DNA of 64,000 nucleotides from Tricharina praecox (Eukaryota): NCBI RefSeq assembly GCF_024521635.1, contig NW_026250403.1, positions 310,001 to 374,000 of the forward strand, read 5' to 3'. Shown piece by piece: positions 51,267 to 64,000 of this stretch (position 1 is its first letter; each line of letters starts with the position of its first letter). The notes under the pieces were generated by a model. It saw only the letters and a program-made list of their open reading frames with translations, ran no database searches and was not told where the DNA came from. The position numbers and the translations under genes were made by a program.

Positions 51267-53537
51267 TTACTGCCAGGCACCAGGTGGCGGTGTACCGGTG
51301 TTGTTCGTCCGAGGGAAAATTGGCATAGTCTCCAAAGTCTCCAGACCACCCATGGTCCCCGTCTGCCCCGAAAAGTTTCCCTGCATCTGCGCCTGCTGTT
51401 GCGCCTGCTGCTGCTGGACCAACATACTGGCACGGAACGGGTTCGTGCCACCGGGTACTGACAGTCCCGATCCGCCTGTAGGCTGCGGTGATGTGTTGGT
51501 GACTGCGGTACGTGCGAAGGGGTTGGTGCTAGCTGTGGTAGCCGAGCGGCCTATTGCAGCGCCGCCGGTAGTCGATGCGGTAAGTGTCGATGGCGAGGCG
51601 CTTGATATACTGCGCGCGAAGGGGTTGGTAGATTTCTGCTGTCCGGGCATTGGCGGCGGTTGAGAACTGCCAAAGTTCTGTGGACCCCCGCCTGTACTGG
51701 TAGACATCAGCATGGACTGCCTGAACGGATTGGTGGCGTGGCCAGTCAACGACGGGACTTGTAGGCCTGCCGGTGGCGGCGGAGACTGGAAGTGTTGAGG
51801 CTGCTGCTGAACCATGGAGGCTGGTATCTCCGGCAAAATGGACTGTTGTTGCTGCTGAGGCATGTATTGCTGTGGTATGGAGGGCACCACCGGCATATGT
51901 TGATCTTGCGGGGTGTAGCCTCCAAATCCGGTGCCGGTGAAGTGCTGTTGAACGGGTTGAGCCGGCGCAGGTTGCTGTTGCGGGAACGGATTGGTATTGG
52001 GCTGTTGGTAGCCCATAGGGAATCCGCCTGTCTGCTGTGTGGGCATCTGCGGCATAGGCGGCTGCGCTGCATACATCTGCTGTCCATACGGGTTCATCAT
52101 CTGAGGCGCTCCTGTCATCTGGGGAACCTGCTGCTGAACTGGCACTTGTTGGTCGGCAAACATGGGGGTCTGTTCCGTTTCTATGCTCTCAAAAAAGTCG
52201 ATAAGGTCTGGTGCAATCCCCGAGGTTTCTCTCGGCGCTGCTGTCGTTTGCGCAGTGCCAGTCTGGGCGGGTGTAGGCCCGTTTTGTGCAGGCGCAGTCT
52301 TGCCAGCGGCCGGTTGAGATGCTGCCCCCCCGGGCTCCTTTCCTTCCTTCTGTGCCAGGTACTGTCTCCGGTTCACGTCGAAATCAGGGTCGTTCAGGTA
52401 TTCCTCCAATGAGGAGGTCAAGCTGGTGGGCGCGTGTTTGATGTTCGGGATCTGTAACCGGGTTGATACCTCCACCCTGCGTGCCGCCTGAAGGAACTCC
52501 ACCACTTCCGCCGTCTGAGTGGTAAAGACCTTGTATATTCTCAGCGCCCGTTCGGCATCGTAGCGTGACATCTCAAAATAGTGCTCTGTGCGCGCCAGAA
52601 CCATGAGAATGCTTTCTGCAGAAATGTGCTGGGGGGTGGGTCAACAAACCGAGAACGTTTATCACTCCTTCGTTGACGACGTGAAAGAGCTCCAAAAGGT
52701 CGGATATCAACAGCCTGAATGCGAGCAACGTGATCTCGTTGTCGACCTCGTCGTCCAGAAACTACATAATCAGCGCAAAGTTCACGGAGGTTCTGGCACC
52801 CATGCATTTCCCTACCTTACACTTCAGCAGCGCCTTTATCTGAAGTTGAACGCATTCGACCTCCCGCAACAACCCCTTATCCACACTGAGCTTCCGCAGT
52901 CGACCTTCGCCGTCCCGAACATAGTCCGTCCGCACATCGCCGTAGGTTCTCGCCCGTTCGTTGAGGTAATTCGAGTAATTGCGTATGTTCTTCCCTTGAA
53001 TCTGGGCTATCGTTGCGTCAAATCAGTTGCCATCCCTTCAAACTTAGACCTCCCCGAGAAAGAAACCAAAAACTGACCGTCCGAGTAGTGCGACAGAGCT
53101 ATCAGCCGTGGGTTACGTCGAAGATATCGCAACGTCACATCCTTCTCGCCCTCCCGCATCATGTAGTGTACGACGATGAGAGCTTTGAAAATGGTCTGCC
53201 GGGCTCGTAAGTATTCGGGCAAGTCAAGTCTGGTTACCACCACCGCCGCCGCCATCACCATCACCACCATCACCACCAGCGCCGCGTGAAATCATACCGT
53301 CCATGAGGTATCCCTCAATCTGTTGTTGATAGCTCGAAACACCTCAGCGATCCCCGCCTCGCCGGCATGCGTTGCAATGAGAATGTGTTCGACATATTTC
53401 GCCTTCGGTGCCGCAAGTTTATGTTTAGTGGCCCCCTAAGTATTGTACCGCACCCGTCAGCGCTGCGGCTTCCTCTCGGCCTTTCGCGACAGACAAGACA
53501 GACAGACCTTCACCGACTTCTCAAACGAGCTCGACAT
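51267..53537 (-). CDS. ANTH-domain clathrin assembly protein (AP180/CALM, Yap1801/2-like; multi-exon)
   Basis: MSSSFEKSVK..ATKHKLAAPKAKYVEHIL, FKALIVVHYMMREG, HYFEMSRYDAERAL, LEEYLNDPDF, DLIDFF clathrin-box-like motif, five NPF motifs. Confidence 0.92.
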
Positions 53538-56419
53538 CGGTCGTTCTGCGGACGCCTCGAAGTCCCTCCTCCGACGTCCCAGGTAGTATATCTTTCCCAG
53601 TGTGCTTTAACTCCCCAGATGCCCACCGTAGGGGTGGTGGTGGACGTGGTGGCAGTCGTTGGTTGGCCGGCGCGGGTAGAGGGAGGAGGAGGAGTATGAG
53701 GGTGGGGAGGGTCTGTGTGCCGTTGCTTGCCCTTTACTCCCTTATGTAGCGGTAGAGTTCTGGATACCGATGGTTCCGGCGGCGCCGCGCTCTTGTCGCA
53801 GATCGCGCTGGCTAGGCGTATGCGGCGATAGACAATGTAACGCGATCGAGAACTAGCAACACCGTGGGAGCTGAAAGCGAGCAGTGGGTTGAGCGCGACA
53901 ATTCCTTCGGGGCGGGGTGCTTGGATATTAATGATGTGGTAGAGTTTCCGTCCGCTGAAGCAACTGCGCTGTGAGCCGCAGAAATGACGCGTGCAGAATG
54001 GGGGTTGTTTCGATGCCTGTAGTAGTTATTGCCGCTGCCAACTACTATCCGGGTACCTGTGTAGAGTAGCTCACGTTAAGCCCGCCAGTTGGTTCGATGT
54101 CGAATGAGACGGAGGTATGATATCTGTCTAAGACCTGTCTACTAGAGTAGATGGATCTTTTCTCGGAGCCGACACGATGGCGTTCAGTTCCGCAGTGGGC
54201 CGGGCTTGGTTGGCTTGCTTTGTGATTAGCGAGTGGGGCTCCAGCTGCAGTCGATGTCCAGGCGATGATGTCCTCAGGAAAAGAGGATAGAAAGGCCCAC
54301 AGCACTCAGCCGTTCGGAATATAAAAGGACGGAATCTCGACGAAACGAAACAACACTTTAAGGGCCTCCCTGTCCAATTATTGTTTTTATATAATAATTT
54401 GGGTCTTGGGCCGGAACAGGGGCGAGCCTGGGAGTCCAAGAGGATCGCGGCGAGCGATGCGATCGGCGTGATGGCCGTCACTGTACCTCTGCAACGTCGG
54501 AAGGGCAGTTCCCTTCACTGTGGATGCTACGAATGATCATTCAAAAATACACGTAGAACAGTGACACGAGTGATGTTCCATGGGACTCCGTTCAAAGCGA
54601 ACCCAAACATCATTTGATATTAACACAAATCCTCCAATGAAGACACCGTACGCAATATGTAGCAGCTCACTCCCACTCCATCGTACCAGCATGAAGGCCG
54701 GCGGGATGTAGTGTATGGGAGAATATGAATGGTCGGCAGAGCCAACAACGCGGACCAGATGAAGCACCATTGAATCCTGGAACCCATCTCAACGTCCAAT
54801 ATTTGCTGCAAGTCGTGATCGTGGTCGCGAGAGATCAGATCAGACCCTTTGCTGTATCGCAGATCATATACTGGGCCATAGGATAATTCTCGCCTAGGAC
54901 CCCACCTAATTGTGCGAAGAGTGATGAGAAGATGATGGAAGATGAAATCACAGAAGAAACCGAAGACACGTAAAGATGCACAAAGAGAAAAATTTCCATT
55001 GAAGCGAAAGAAAGAACCGAGACAGAATGCCGCAACAACATGAAGATAAAGGAAAAGAATCCTCCAGTTTAAGGATCAGAGATGCCATAAAGCGCCTGGT
55101 TATGTAACAAGGTGGGTGTGCCCAAGCGCCTAAATCACCGGCCCACACTCCGCAACGTTTTTGCAGCGACCCTTAAGCCAGTCTGCCGAAACAGAGGAGA
55201 GTACGCATACACGAAGCAGGGAGACCAATTCATAGACTGCACGCTAGGCTTTCATCATCTAGAGGGTATCTTGTTAGTTGTTGTGTTCGTTGAGGATGTG
55301 GGGAAGTTGGAGTACAAACTTGTAAAACGTGGAAGGATTGAAGAGAGGAAAGGAAGGGAGGAGAACGCGAGATTATATTTGAGGCGCTGGGCTTGGCAGG
55401 TGTCGGCGAAAATCTGCTGGTAGCTGGCATCTGCTAGCGGGAGAGCCTCAAACACGAAGAAATGCATCAACCAGAAAACAAATCTAAGAAACAATCTAAA
55501 ATATCACTTTAAAGTTGGTTGAATTTTATTCTGACGGGGTCTTTTGTTTTCGGGACTCATTCTGCTCACTTCATGGGAAGACGAGTGCTCGCTTGTGACT
55601 GACTCATTGTCTGGGTTTTTTGTTACTCGTCTGACGATAGGAAGTAGCAGTATGCATCCAGCTTCATCTCCTTCGAGCCTATTCGAGGTTTCTATCCAGC
55701 AGTGCCCGGCTCAGCGAAGCCTCCTAATCACCATCTCCGCTATATAAACCAATAAAGGAGCCAGCTTATGACATATATGTTGGAAAAATGAGTGTGATAT
55801 TATTCAGTTGCTTGATTCATTCGCAAAACACAGCGGATGACCAGCTAGACATACCATACAGAAGAAGAAGCAAGTATGAGAATAAACAGGATTCCCGAGG
55901 CGCACTCGAGGAGGCGAAAACAAGGCGCATATGACTAATATGACAAATGTGCAATATCTTGGACGAGAACGACGGTGGCTTTTAACGAGAATCGTAACAA
56001 TATAGCTGGTGGGGTCGCCGCGTGATCTCATACGATTAAGGTGTCTCCCAACCTTTCCTGGCGGATTTTTACTAACACCAGGGAATGCTGGCTGTCTGTG
56101 GATGTATATGAGCACCAATGTGTCGTGCCTTCCTTCTTGTCTCTGGGAGGGTATACGGTTACCATCCAGATATCACTATAGGCCACTGGACCACTCGGCG
56201 TTGATTAGACGGACCTCATTACTGATGCCAGCGGGAGAGGCCGTCCTTGTTACAAGTACGTATAATTTGTAGTTACCAAAGTTCGGTAAAATGGTGCTGC
56301 GACTTACCATGGTACCGTAATTTACCGGTCACCTATATAACGATACAATAATAACCGGTCGCTATGTACCTCTCCCCGCTGCATCCCCGCAGCGCCTATC
56401 ACTACTCCAGAGAGTTGGC

Positions 56420-57138
56420 ATGGCCGACGACGCTCCTCCCTTCATCCGCGCCTACCGGCCGGAAGACTATGACTCCATCGTGCGCATCGTAACTCTTCCC
56501 CTTCCCATCCCATAGGTATCTCGCTAACCACAGGACTGCCCGTTCATAAGTGCGAACTCACAGCCCACCACTCACTCTCCGATGTCCTCGACCTGGTTCC
56601 CTACCTGTATGCGCACCCATATCTCCGTCTCGAGCCCGAGCACATATGGGTTCTCGATGTTCCCTCCAAGGACAACATCAGCCGCGACGTAGCTGGCTAC
56701 ATCCTCGCCGTAGCCGACACACAGATCTTTGCGATACGGTATGAATGGGAATACATACCTCTCCTCGAGCCGGATGGAGAGTTGCCGTTCCCACCTAGAT
56801 TATCTGATCAAGTTTTCCTGTTTGAGGACCTTAGGGATGGGGCGAAAAATGCGGGGAGGTTGTTGGTGCTCCCCAAGGAGTTACTGGAGAGATACCCCGC
56901 CCATATACATGTGGATATCGTGGAACCGTGGCAGGGAAAAGGATGGGGGCCGAAGTTGATTGCGGAGATGGAGAGTCAGTTGGTTAAGGAGTGGGTGAAG
57001 GGGGTGCACTTGGGGGCGGCGGAGGACAATGCTCGTGCCGGGAATTTTTATAAGCGTATTGGGTTTGAGGAGATAACGGAGCAGGTAGGGAGGGAGGGGA
57101 TTGGCGCCAGGTGGTTCTGTAAGGCAATCTCCAAATAG
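56420..57138 (+). CDS. GNAT-family acetyltransferase; intron 56489-56550
   Basis: FIRAYRPED, PYLRLEPE..VLD, GYILA, YPAHIHVDIVEPWQGKGWGPKLI, GVHLG..N..A.NFYKRIGF. Confidence 0.85.
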
Positions 57139-57155
57139 CGATTGAAAGCTGTTGT

Positions 57156-57353
57156 GACTCTGCCGTAGCTTTTGTTTCTTATCCTCTCCGTGACTTCATT
57201 GACGCTCCAAGTTCCATCCCCGCCTCAACATCCTCCGCTACCAACATATCCGCCGACTCTGCCGTAGCTACTGCTTTTTATCCTCTTCGTGACTTCATAG
57301 AAGCTCCAAGTTCCATTCCCGCCTGAACATCCTCCCCCACCAACATATCCGCC
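57156..57353. repeat. 99-bp imperfect tandem duplication of the RraA-like gene's 3' end
   Basis: Units 57156-57254 and 57255-57353 both start gactctgccgtagct and end caacatatccgcc. Confidence 0.92.
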
Positions 57354-58005
57354 TCGACGGCCTTCGGCATAAGCTCCAAAACCTCCGCCACCTTGTCCTT
57401 GGGAATAACCACCACCCCACCAGCGGTTTGGTCCATCACAACAATATCTTCCGCTTTCACCATGACACCCGCAACCTCAATATCCACATCAATACCCACA
57501 CACCTAGTCTCTGCACCAGCACCGACCGTACTTGTTCCCTGCGCCCAAACTTGCCACTCATCGCCGAGCTCCATCTCTGACAGATCACGCACCCTGCCGC
57601 CGACAACAACACCACGCACCCCGCGCTTCGCTAGCCGGGCAGCAACCAATCCGCCGAGGACTGCGCACCGAGTCCCCGCCGGTGCGGAAAGAACGGCAAT
57701 TGTGCCGGGGGCGCTGGCATTGTCCGCAAAGTGACCGGATATCGATGGCGGCTCGGTGGATGCCTTGAGCGCGAAGAGGACTGTCGTCGCCGGTGCCGCT
57801 ACGAAGCCTCGGGTGGAACCTGCATGCTTGAGGTCTGCCGTGGGAATTTGTTAGCTATCCGGTGCGAAGAAGGTGGTAGTAATGAGGAGAGACCGATATC
57901 CACTAGGAATCCGGCGTGCGGAACTTTCAGCTTCAAGAGGGCATCGGAGATATCACAGGCGGTAAAAGCGCCCGAACAAAGGGCCTGGAGTTGTTCTGCT
58001 GACAT
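57278..58005 (-). CDS. RraA-family protein (HMG/CHA aldolase / oxaloacetate decarboxylase-like); intron 57835-57893
   Basis: TACDISDALLKL, AVLGGLVAARL..RGVRGVVVGGRVRDL, DIVVMD..GVVVIP motifs. Confidence 0.88.
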
Positions 58006-58352
58006 TCTGCTTGTGCTTGACGGACTGTGGGAAGCTGCAGAGCTACAGGCGGGGAGATGGAGATGTGATATTGGCCCGAGGCTTCACAGATACAGGGATC
58101 AGCCTGAAACTACAAAGCGAGTGATGTAATATGAGCTGGTCGGTTGTTTCCGCGCCGCGGAGATCAGGTGGACGGGTTATCGAGACCGCCCATCGACTGG
58201 ACCGTTTTTGTAAGAGGCTCCCGTCCGGAACGCTCTGGTGGGCATTTGAGCTTACTGGGAGGCAGACACTGGCCGGCACCGCTCGCCTTGCAGTTCTCAT
58301 CCTGTTAGGAGTGCAAATATGGATGGGGACTCCAGCCATCCGTCCGCTCTCA

Positions 58353-58620
58353 ACGCGTTGGTCACGTCTCCAGACGCGAGTCACCTTAATTCTGGCTGGC
58401 GTGATAGACATCGATTTGCTTGCAAAACTTATTGCTTACAATGTTTGCACGCACCTGAATCATTACTAAGCGAGTAAATTGGGAAAAAGAGAAGAAATGT
58501 GTCACTCTTGACATTAACGCGTCGTTGTACGTCTAAAAACCGGTGGTGTGAAACACGAGAAAAAAACTGTCTGTTAAAACTCGCATTTACGCGGGTTCTT
58601 TGGGTCGGGACGCGACTCTG
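58353..58620. promoter_or_regulatory. MCB-like elements in the divergent RraA/RIF1 promoter
   Basis: ACGCGT at 58353 and 58517, plus additional ACGCG cores. Confidence 0.35.
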
Positions 58621-58958
58621 CGTTGAACTGTTCACCCCCGGTAATTAGTCGCTTTCCCGCCTCCTCCGCCGCGACGACCCCCAACGATCACGACCCCAAC
58701 TGACTTAACGAACCGCCCTTCTCATTCTTGTTCCTCATACACTTCCGCCTCCATTCGAATACTAGGCCCACGCACCGCCATATACATTTGCTCGCTCTTC
58801 GCTTCGAATAATTTCTCTACTGTCTCTGTTCACGTTTTTGCACCGTTTTCGTAATTTACCATCTTCGAGTTTTCTACATATGCTCCATTTCGGACAACTT
58901 GCGCGTCGTTTCTGATCAGTCAACTCACTTCGCTTGCTAGCCCAAACACTCTCTCACC

Positions 58959-61900
58959 ATGGTCCGCTCCGATGCCGAAGACCCGTTGGTTCCTACGACA
59001 CCCGTACGATCCTCCCTCGATATGACGACCCCAAGACCGCCTACGCCTCCAAAAGAATCTCCACGAGCGAAGAACATAGTCGACCAGAGCCTTGTAACCA
59101 GTAGTGGCAACCAGATGCTGCACTTGGTTTCGTCTCCTGTGTCTTCGCGCGACCCTTCGCCGCCCTCCGATTCCGCCGATTCCGTTTCCGAGAAACCTCC
59201 CAAAAAACGCGTTGGCTGGTCCGGGTGGACGACTTACCACAAACCAGACACACCGTTAACGCCGTCCACTTCGCGAGTGCGTCCGTCGGCCTCGACTAAT
59301 CTAAAATCCCTGAAATCGATCTTGAAGCAGACCTCAAGCCCGTTTCGGGGCGCTACTTCGCCTCCCCTTGATCAGCCATTCGTGGCCCACAGTTATGCCT
59401 CGTTCTCGCACATGCTGGAGTCGGTGATCGAGGCGCTGGCATCCACTGAGCGGAGCAAAAAACTGGACACCTACATTGCGTTTTGCAACACCCTCCGGGC
59501 CTATGATGATATTCCTGATTGGAGTGTAATGGAGAGGAGGTTGTCTATGATATGCGGCGCTATGAGGCGGGATCTGGCAGCAAAGATGGAAGACGGCGGA
59601 AACCTGGACAGCCAACTGACACAGCAGGCGACGAAGTTATTGACCATCCTTTGCTGGTACGAACGCTTGGCCAATGCTATGGACGATTCCAGCGCTTCAT
59701 TTTTCGTCCTGCATGCGATACAGAAAATCGAAGATCCCCAGACATCTAAGGCCTCCGTCACCCTATATCTCCACTTTTTGGCGCAGCAGAGATTCCCTAC
59801 GAAGACGATGACGGTAGAAAGGTGCAACCGCCTTGTAACGGCTCTGGAAACACTGGATGAGCGGATCACGGGGAAATCTATTACCAAGGAGCGAATCGAC
59901 ATCTATTACAAACTCTTGTCACAGTCACGGACGGTCATGGTTGCGAGAGCACCTGACTGGATGCGCAATGCCTTCGGAGGACTCTTGAACCACATCAAGG
60001 AAGTCCGAACACGATCACTAATATTCTTGCGCGAGGCTGCTCTGGTGATGGGGAAAGATAAGGCTGTTGCTCGTACTATAAGCAGCATATTCAACCAGGA
60101 TAATGACGGGAAGCGGATGTTCGAGTCTATACGGAGCCGGCTCGATCATTTCGTCAAGAAGGAGCATGAGGGGCAATACGTCTCGCAGCTGTGGGCGGTG
60201 CTCCTCCTACTGACCCAGTCTGTTGGGGACAAGTGGGACTTTTTCACGCCGTGGTTGCGAATCATCGAAACATGTTTCAACGTCTCGGAGCCGGAGGTCA
60301 AGGTGGAGGCACAGCTGGCTTGGTCGAAACTCATATATGTCTCCAACATCGGACCGAACACCCAGCGGAAACTGTTGGAGCTCATGTGTAAACCCGTGGA
60401 GCAGTACCTGGACCCAAGAAATGCAAGCCTTAACACTCGGAAGCCCCGGAAGGCAGCGCTATCGAATGTGTGTGTCTACCTATACTATGGATTCCGACCT
60501 AGTGCGTCGGCAAAGCAACTCTCGGAAATCTGGGAGGTGGTAGTAGTTGGGTTGATTCAGAACCTGGTCCTGGCGGGCAGTGAGGCAATGGATGGATGCA
60601 ACATACTGTGCTCCCTCTTCGATGGCACCACTCCGAAGCGGTGGAGCGAGGATCGCCTCTTGATTGGCCACCCTTTCATGAAGACCGAAGAGGTACCTCG
60701 ATTGGATCCGAAATGGGTACGGTCAAATTGTGAAAAGGTCCTCACGATAGTCGAGGTCGCCCTCCGTCGGACAACATGGGAGGACACAGATGCTCCGGGA
60801 GCTCGACTAGTGTGGAAAAGATTTACTCGCATACTTGCAGATGCAGGCAATAAGGAGATCAAGATTGTACCAGAACTCATGGAGGCTGTGTCGTGTCTTT
60901 TCAACATGTTCCAGCGCATGTGGGGCGAAGCACCAGAAAATCTGGAGCCTGTTTCCGGTTTCTCTTTCATTGAGCGGTTCACCTTCCTGGTTGAAACGGC
61001 TCTAGATTCGTTAGGAACACTGTGTTTCACAGAGAAGCAGTTGGCTCTTGATGAGAAGTCGAGGTTTATTCCTGCATCCACGCCCATTCATAAATACCAG
61101 TCCGATAGTAACAACGGACATCGGCTTCCTCCACTACTGCACATCGTGCGACTTCTGGTTGAACCTCCACCTGGAATTCCAGTCGACGAGCAATACTTCA
61201 ACTGCGCCAGGCGTATTCTTTCAAAATGCTGCGTGTCTCAGGATTCTAGACGGAAGAAACTCCATCTATTGGCATCCTGCGAGACGCTTCTGCCCCGAAG
61301 AGAAATCAATGCTGTGCATCTGGGTCTTTGGGATATTTTGGCCGAACTGACCCGTGGGGCTTTGCCGGCGCCAGCAATAACCAAGGCGCTCCTCAGCCCA
61401 TCACCATTGGGTGGGGAGTTCAAAGACGCGGTTACGGTGCTTGCCTGGGGATCTCAGCAGTATGTATCGGAATGGGAAAATCTGTTTAAGGAGCTCGTTG
61501 AGGTTGTCCAGGGCGAGCTTGGCAATGCATACGTCGCGGCCAACATCATCGCACCATTAGCAGAATCGCTTCGCACGCTGAAACTGAAATCCCGCTTGTT
61601 GGACACCTGTAGTCTATTTCGTGTGATGGTTGCTGATTTTTGCTTTAGCGGATTGAACGTGGAGCGGACGGTTATTCTCCTGCGGAATGCCAGCATTGCG
61701 AAGAAGAAGCCCACTATCGAGAGTATGTTTAAGGGTCACCGTGGGCTTGGTGATCAAAAATCGGCAAACACTGAGTATGAAGCCACAATTGCCATGTGTA
61801 ATTTACGGGAATGCTGACTATTGCAGTTCACTGGAGAGCCTCTATGCGTTGGCCAACAGTTCACTTCTACAAACCTACGAATCCTCTGACAAGGAATTTA

Positions 61901-64000
61901 CAGCCCTGGGAGTTGATCTTTGCAAGGCTGTTCTTGAATTCATTACGCGGTCACCATCTGGATCAATGGCACCGTTGAAGCAGATGCAAGAGGGCCTTGG
62001 GCTATGGGCCAAAGATCCTTCTAACCAGAATGCTCGAATGGTGGGTTATCCAGATCTCTAATTCCGATTCAGTGGTTGCTCATGTAATTACAGAATGGAT
62101 TCAGCGCTATGGCTGCTACAAAGTTATGGGAAAACGTCCTCCAAGCCGTCGAGTCTCTACCACGACATGACAGCGAAATTCTGTCCGATCTGAATGTTCT
62201 ATTGTCAAGCGGCCTTGAAAGCCGGCGGAAATCGACTGTCAATATTACCATTAAGACGTGGAACAACACTTTCGGAAAGCAGGAGTCGCTTAGTTATCCT
62301 AGCAGAGTGCGGATGGCATTGGCGAGGCTGAGGACTATCACTGATCTATCGCTCCCCGGCTTTCCCGAGGACGATTCGGGTGTATTCACGCCTCCCGAGT
62401 TCACCGAATCACAAGACGCAGGAAATACTCAATCGGTTGCCGATATACAATGGTCCAGCCCAACACCAGCTCGACAGTTATTTCCTAACTCAAGGGCACG
62501 CACGTCAACTCCTACGAGTGTAATTAGGGAGACACCAGCTCGCGGAAGACCGAGAAGTAACCAGCCTACGCCCACTCCCACGAAGAGAATGCCAAAGCCA
62601 AAACACATGGATTCGCAGCTCGATTTTGTAGCCATCGAAGGCACGCCGTCACTCGAAGCTCAAGACTCGCAACTCATCACCGAACACCAGAAAGAGGTCC
62701 GAGAGGAGCAGGCTCAGGCGGCAGTGATGTTCCCTGAGTTGATAAGAGCCACACCCGCCGCTAGTAAGAGGGAGACCATGAAAGTGGGCGACGAGTCGCC
62801 GACTTCAAAGAGGCGGAACCAAACGCCTATTGGCTCGCAGAGTCACGGATACTCAGACAAAATACCTGAGACTACGATTAAAGAGTCGACCATGGCACCT
62901 GATTTCATGGTTTCATTCATTTCGGAGTCTCACATTGGCTCTCGATCTCCATCAGTCTCTGGCTCTGTTCGGCGTAAGGGCAATAACGAAGCAACCATAC
63001 CTCGTGAGATGTCCTCCGAGTTGACTGATCTTGACATGGGTGGTGATACCCCCATGGCGGATTATTCTGAGACTAGTATGGAAAAGCCAGCGCCTGGGCC
63101 TCCTGCTGGTATACCGCCTGATGGAACTTCCGACGATGAACCTTTCGTGGATGCCCCCGATCACTTCCCGCAGCCCGAAGTTGAGGAGCCCGAAAGGCCT
63201 TCTCCTGTCCGCAAAAAGGCGCGAGTCGCTGGACGCGTCAAGGATACCTCAGAGGTGGTCACTCTTGTGGTACCGCCAATGAGAAACAGCGAGGACATTC
63301 GCGCTAGTATGTCTACCTCCATGTCCGACGCATCTACGTCAGTGGCGTGTGAAGCAGACACGCCTGCAACGCCGGGCACTCCTCGATCGCGAAGCAACAA
63401 GAAGCGCGCGAAGAAGAGAAAGCGAGGCTCTTCCCTACCACAGGAGCCCAAGCCCTCACTGCCAGTACTCGACACTGTTGAAGTCGTAGTAGAAGCTAAG
63501 CACTCTCTTATGGCGAGTCATCCTCCGCCGTTGGCACCCGTGTCGCCAGAAACAGAGCGGTCCTCGAAGAGAGTAAAATCTGCGGATACAAATGACACGC
63601 CGGTTAAGACGAGGGTTTCGGCAAGGAAAAACAAGGGACGGAAACCGCCGCGAGGACTTGTGAGCGCACTCGATTCCAGCAGGAAAGATCTCGATGAAAG
63701 GAGTGGTACGTCCATAGACCTTACCGCGGCGAGGGCGGCCACCACTAACAACAATAATATAGAGGATCCAGCGCCATCGCCGACACCGATGCGTACACGC
63801 AACGCGTCAAAACGAGTGCGATCCCCCAAAAAGGCCGCTGTAGAAGAGAAGGATGTCTCGTTTATTGGCGAAACCCAGTTCGATAGTTTTGTATCTTCAG
63901 TCGCCGATTCCCAGCCTCCACCTGCTGCTGCTGCTGCTGCAAAGTTTGGCTCTACACCAACAAAGAGTCGCAAGGCGAAGGGATTGTTCGCGAACGATGA
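58959..64000 (+). CDS. RIF1: Telomere/replication-timing regulator Rif1; 3'-truncated by window edge; introns approx. 61775-61826 and 62041-62093
   Basis: N-terminal PP1-docking KKRVGW and KSILK motifs followed by a long HEAT-like helical region, then a disordered SP/SQ-rich tail. Confidence 0.88.

Noticed and set aside
57799-57801. Apparent premature stop in the RraA-like gene
   Set aside because: Resolved by intron 57835-57893, which restores frame
1-64000. tRNA, rRNA, snoRNA or autonomous transposase/RT genes
   Set aside because: None recognisable by eye; covariance-model and HMM searches would be needed to exclude them

Overview
Eukaryotic, intron-rich DNA from a filamentous ascomycete (short GT-AG introns with CTRAC/CTRAY branch sites; Pezizomycotina by inference). 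About 19 protein-coding genes can be reconstructed by hand. Conserved genes: RBG2/DRG2 GTPase, TRAX, glutaminyl cyclase, alpha/beta hydrolase, NudC, a BRCT protein, an F-box/DUF3506 protein, Ric8, mitochondrial AspRS, an AP180-type ANTH adaptor, a GNAT, an RraA-family aldolase and RIF1. The main accessory element is a tandem array (13.0-20.7 kb) of four paralogous genes for signal-peptide-less double beta-trefoil (ricin-B-like) proteins. Each ends in a tiny terminal exon, missed by the ORF track, encoding an [L/P]PxY motif. The array also shows a premature stop in copy 1, an intron presence/absence difference and an apparent gene-conversion tract. Other hidden features: a 3-exon small secreted Cys-containing protein, a ~2050-aa winged-helix-headed coiled-coil protein, a PIF/Harbinger-like MITE, a TA-flanked TIR element, a ~100-bp hairpin element and a 99-bp tandem duplication of a gene's 3' end with mostly synonymous differences. 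All splice models are manual predictions from sequence only.
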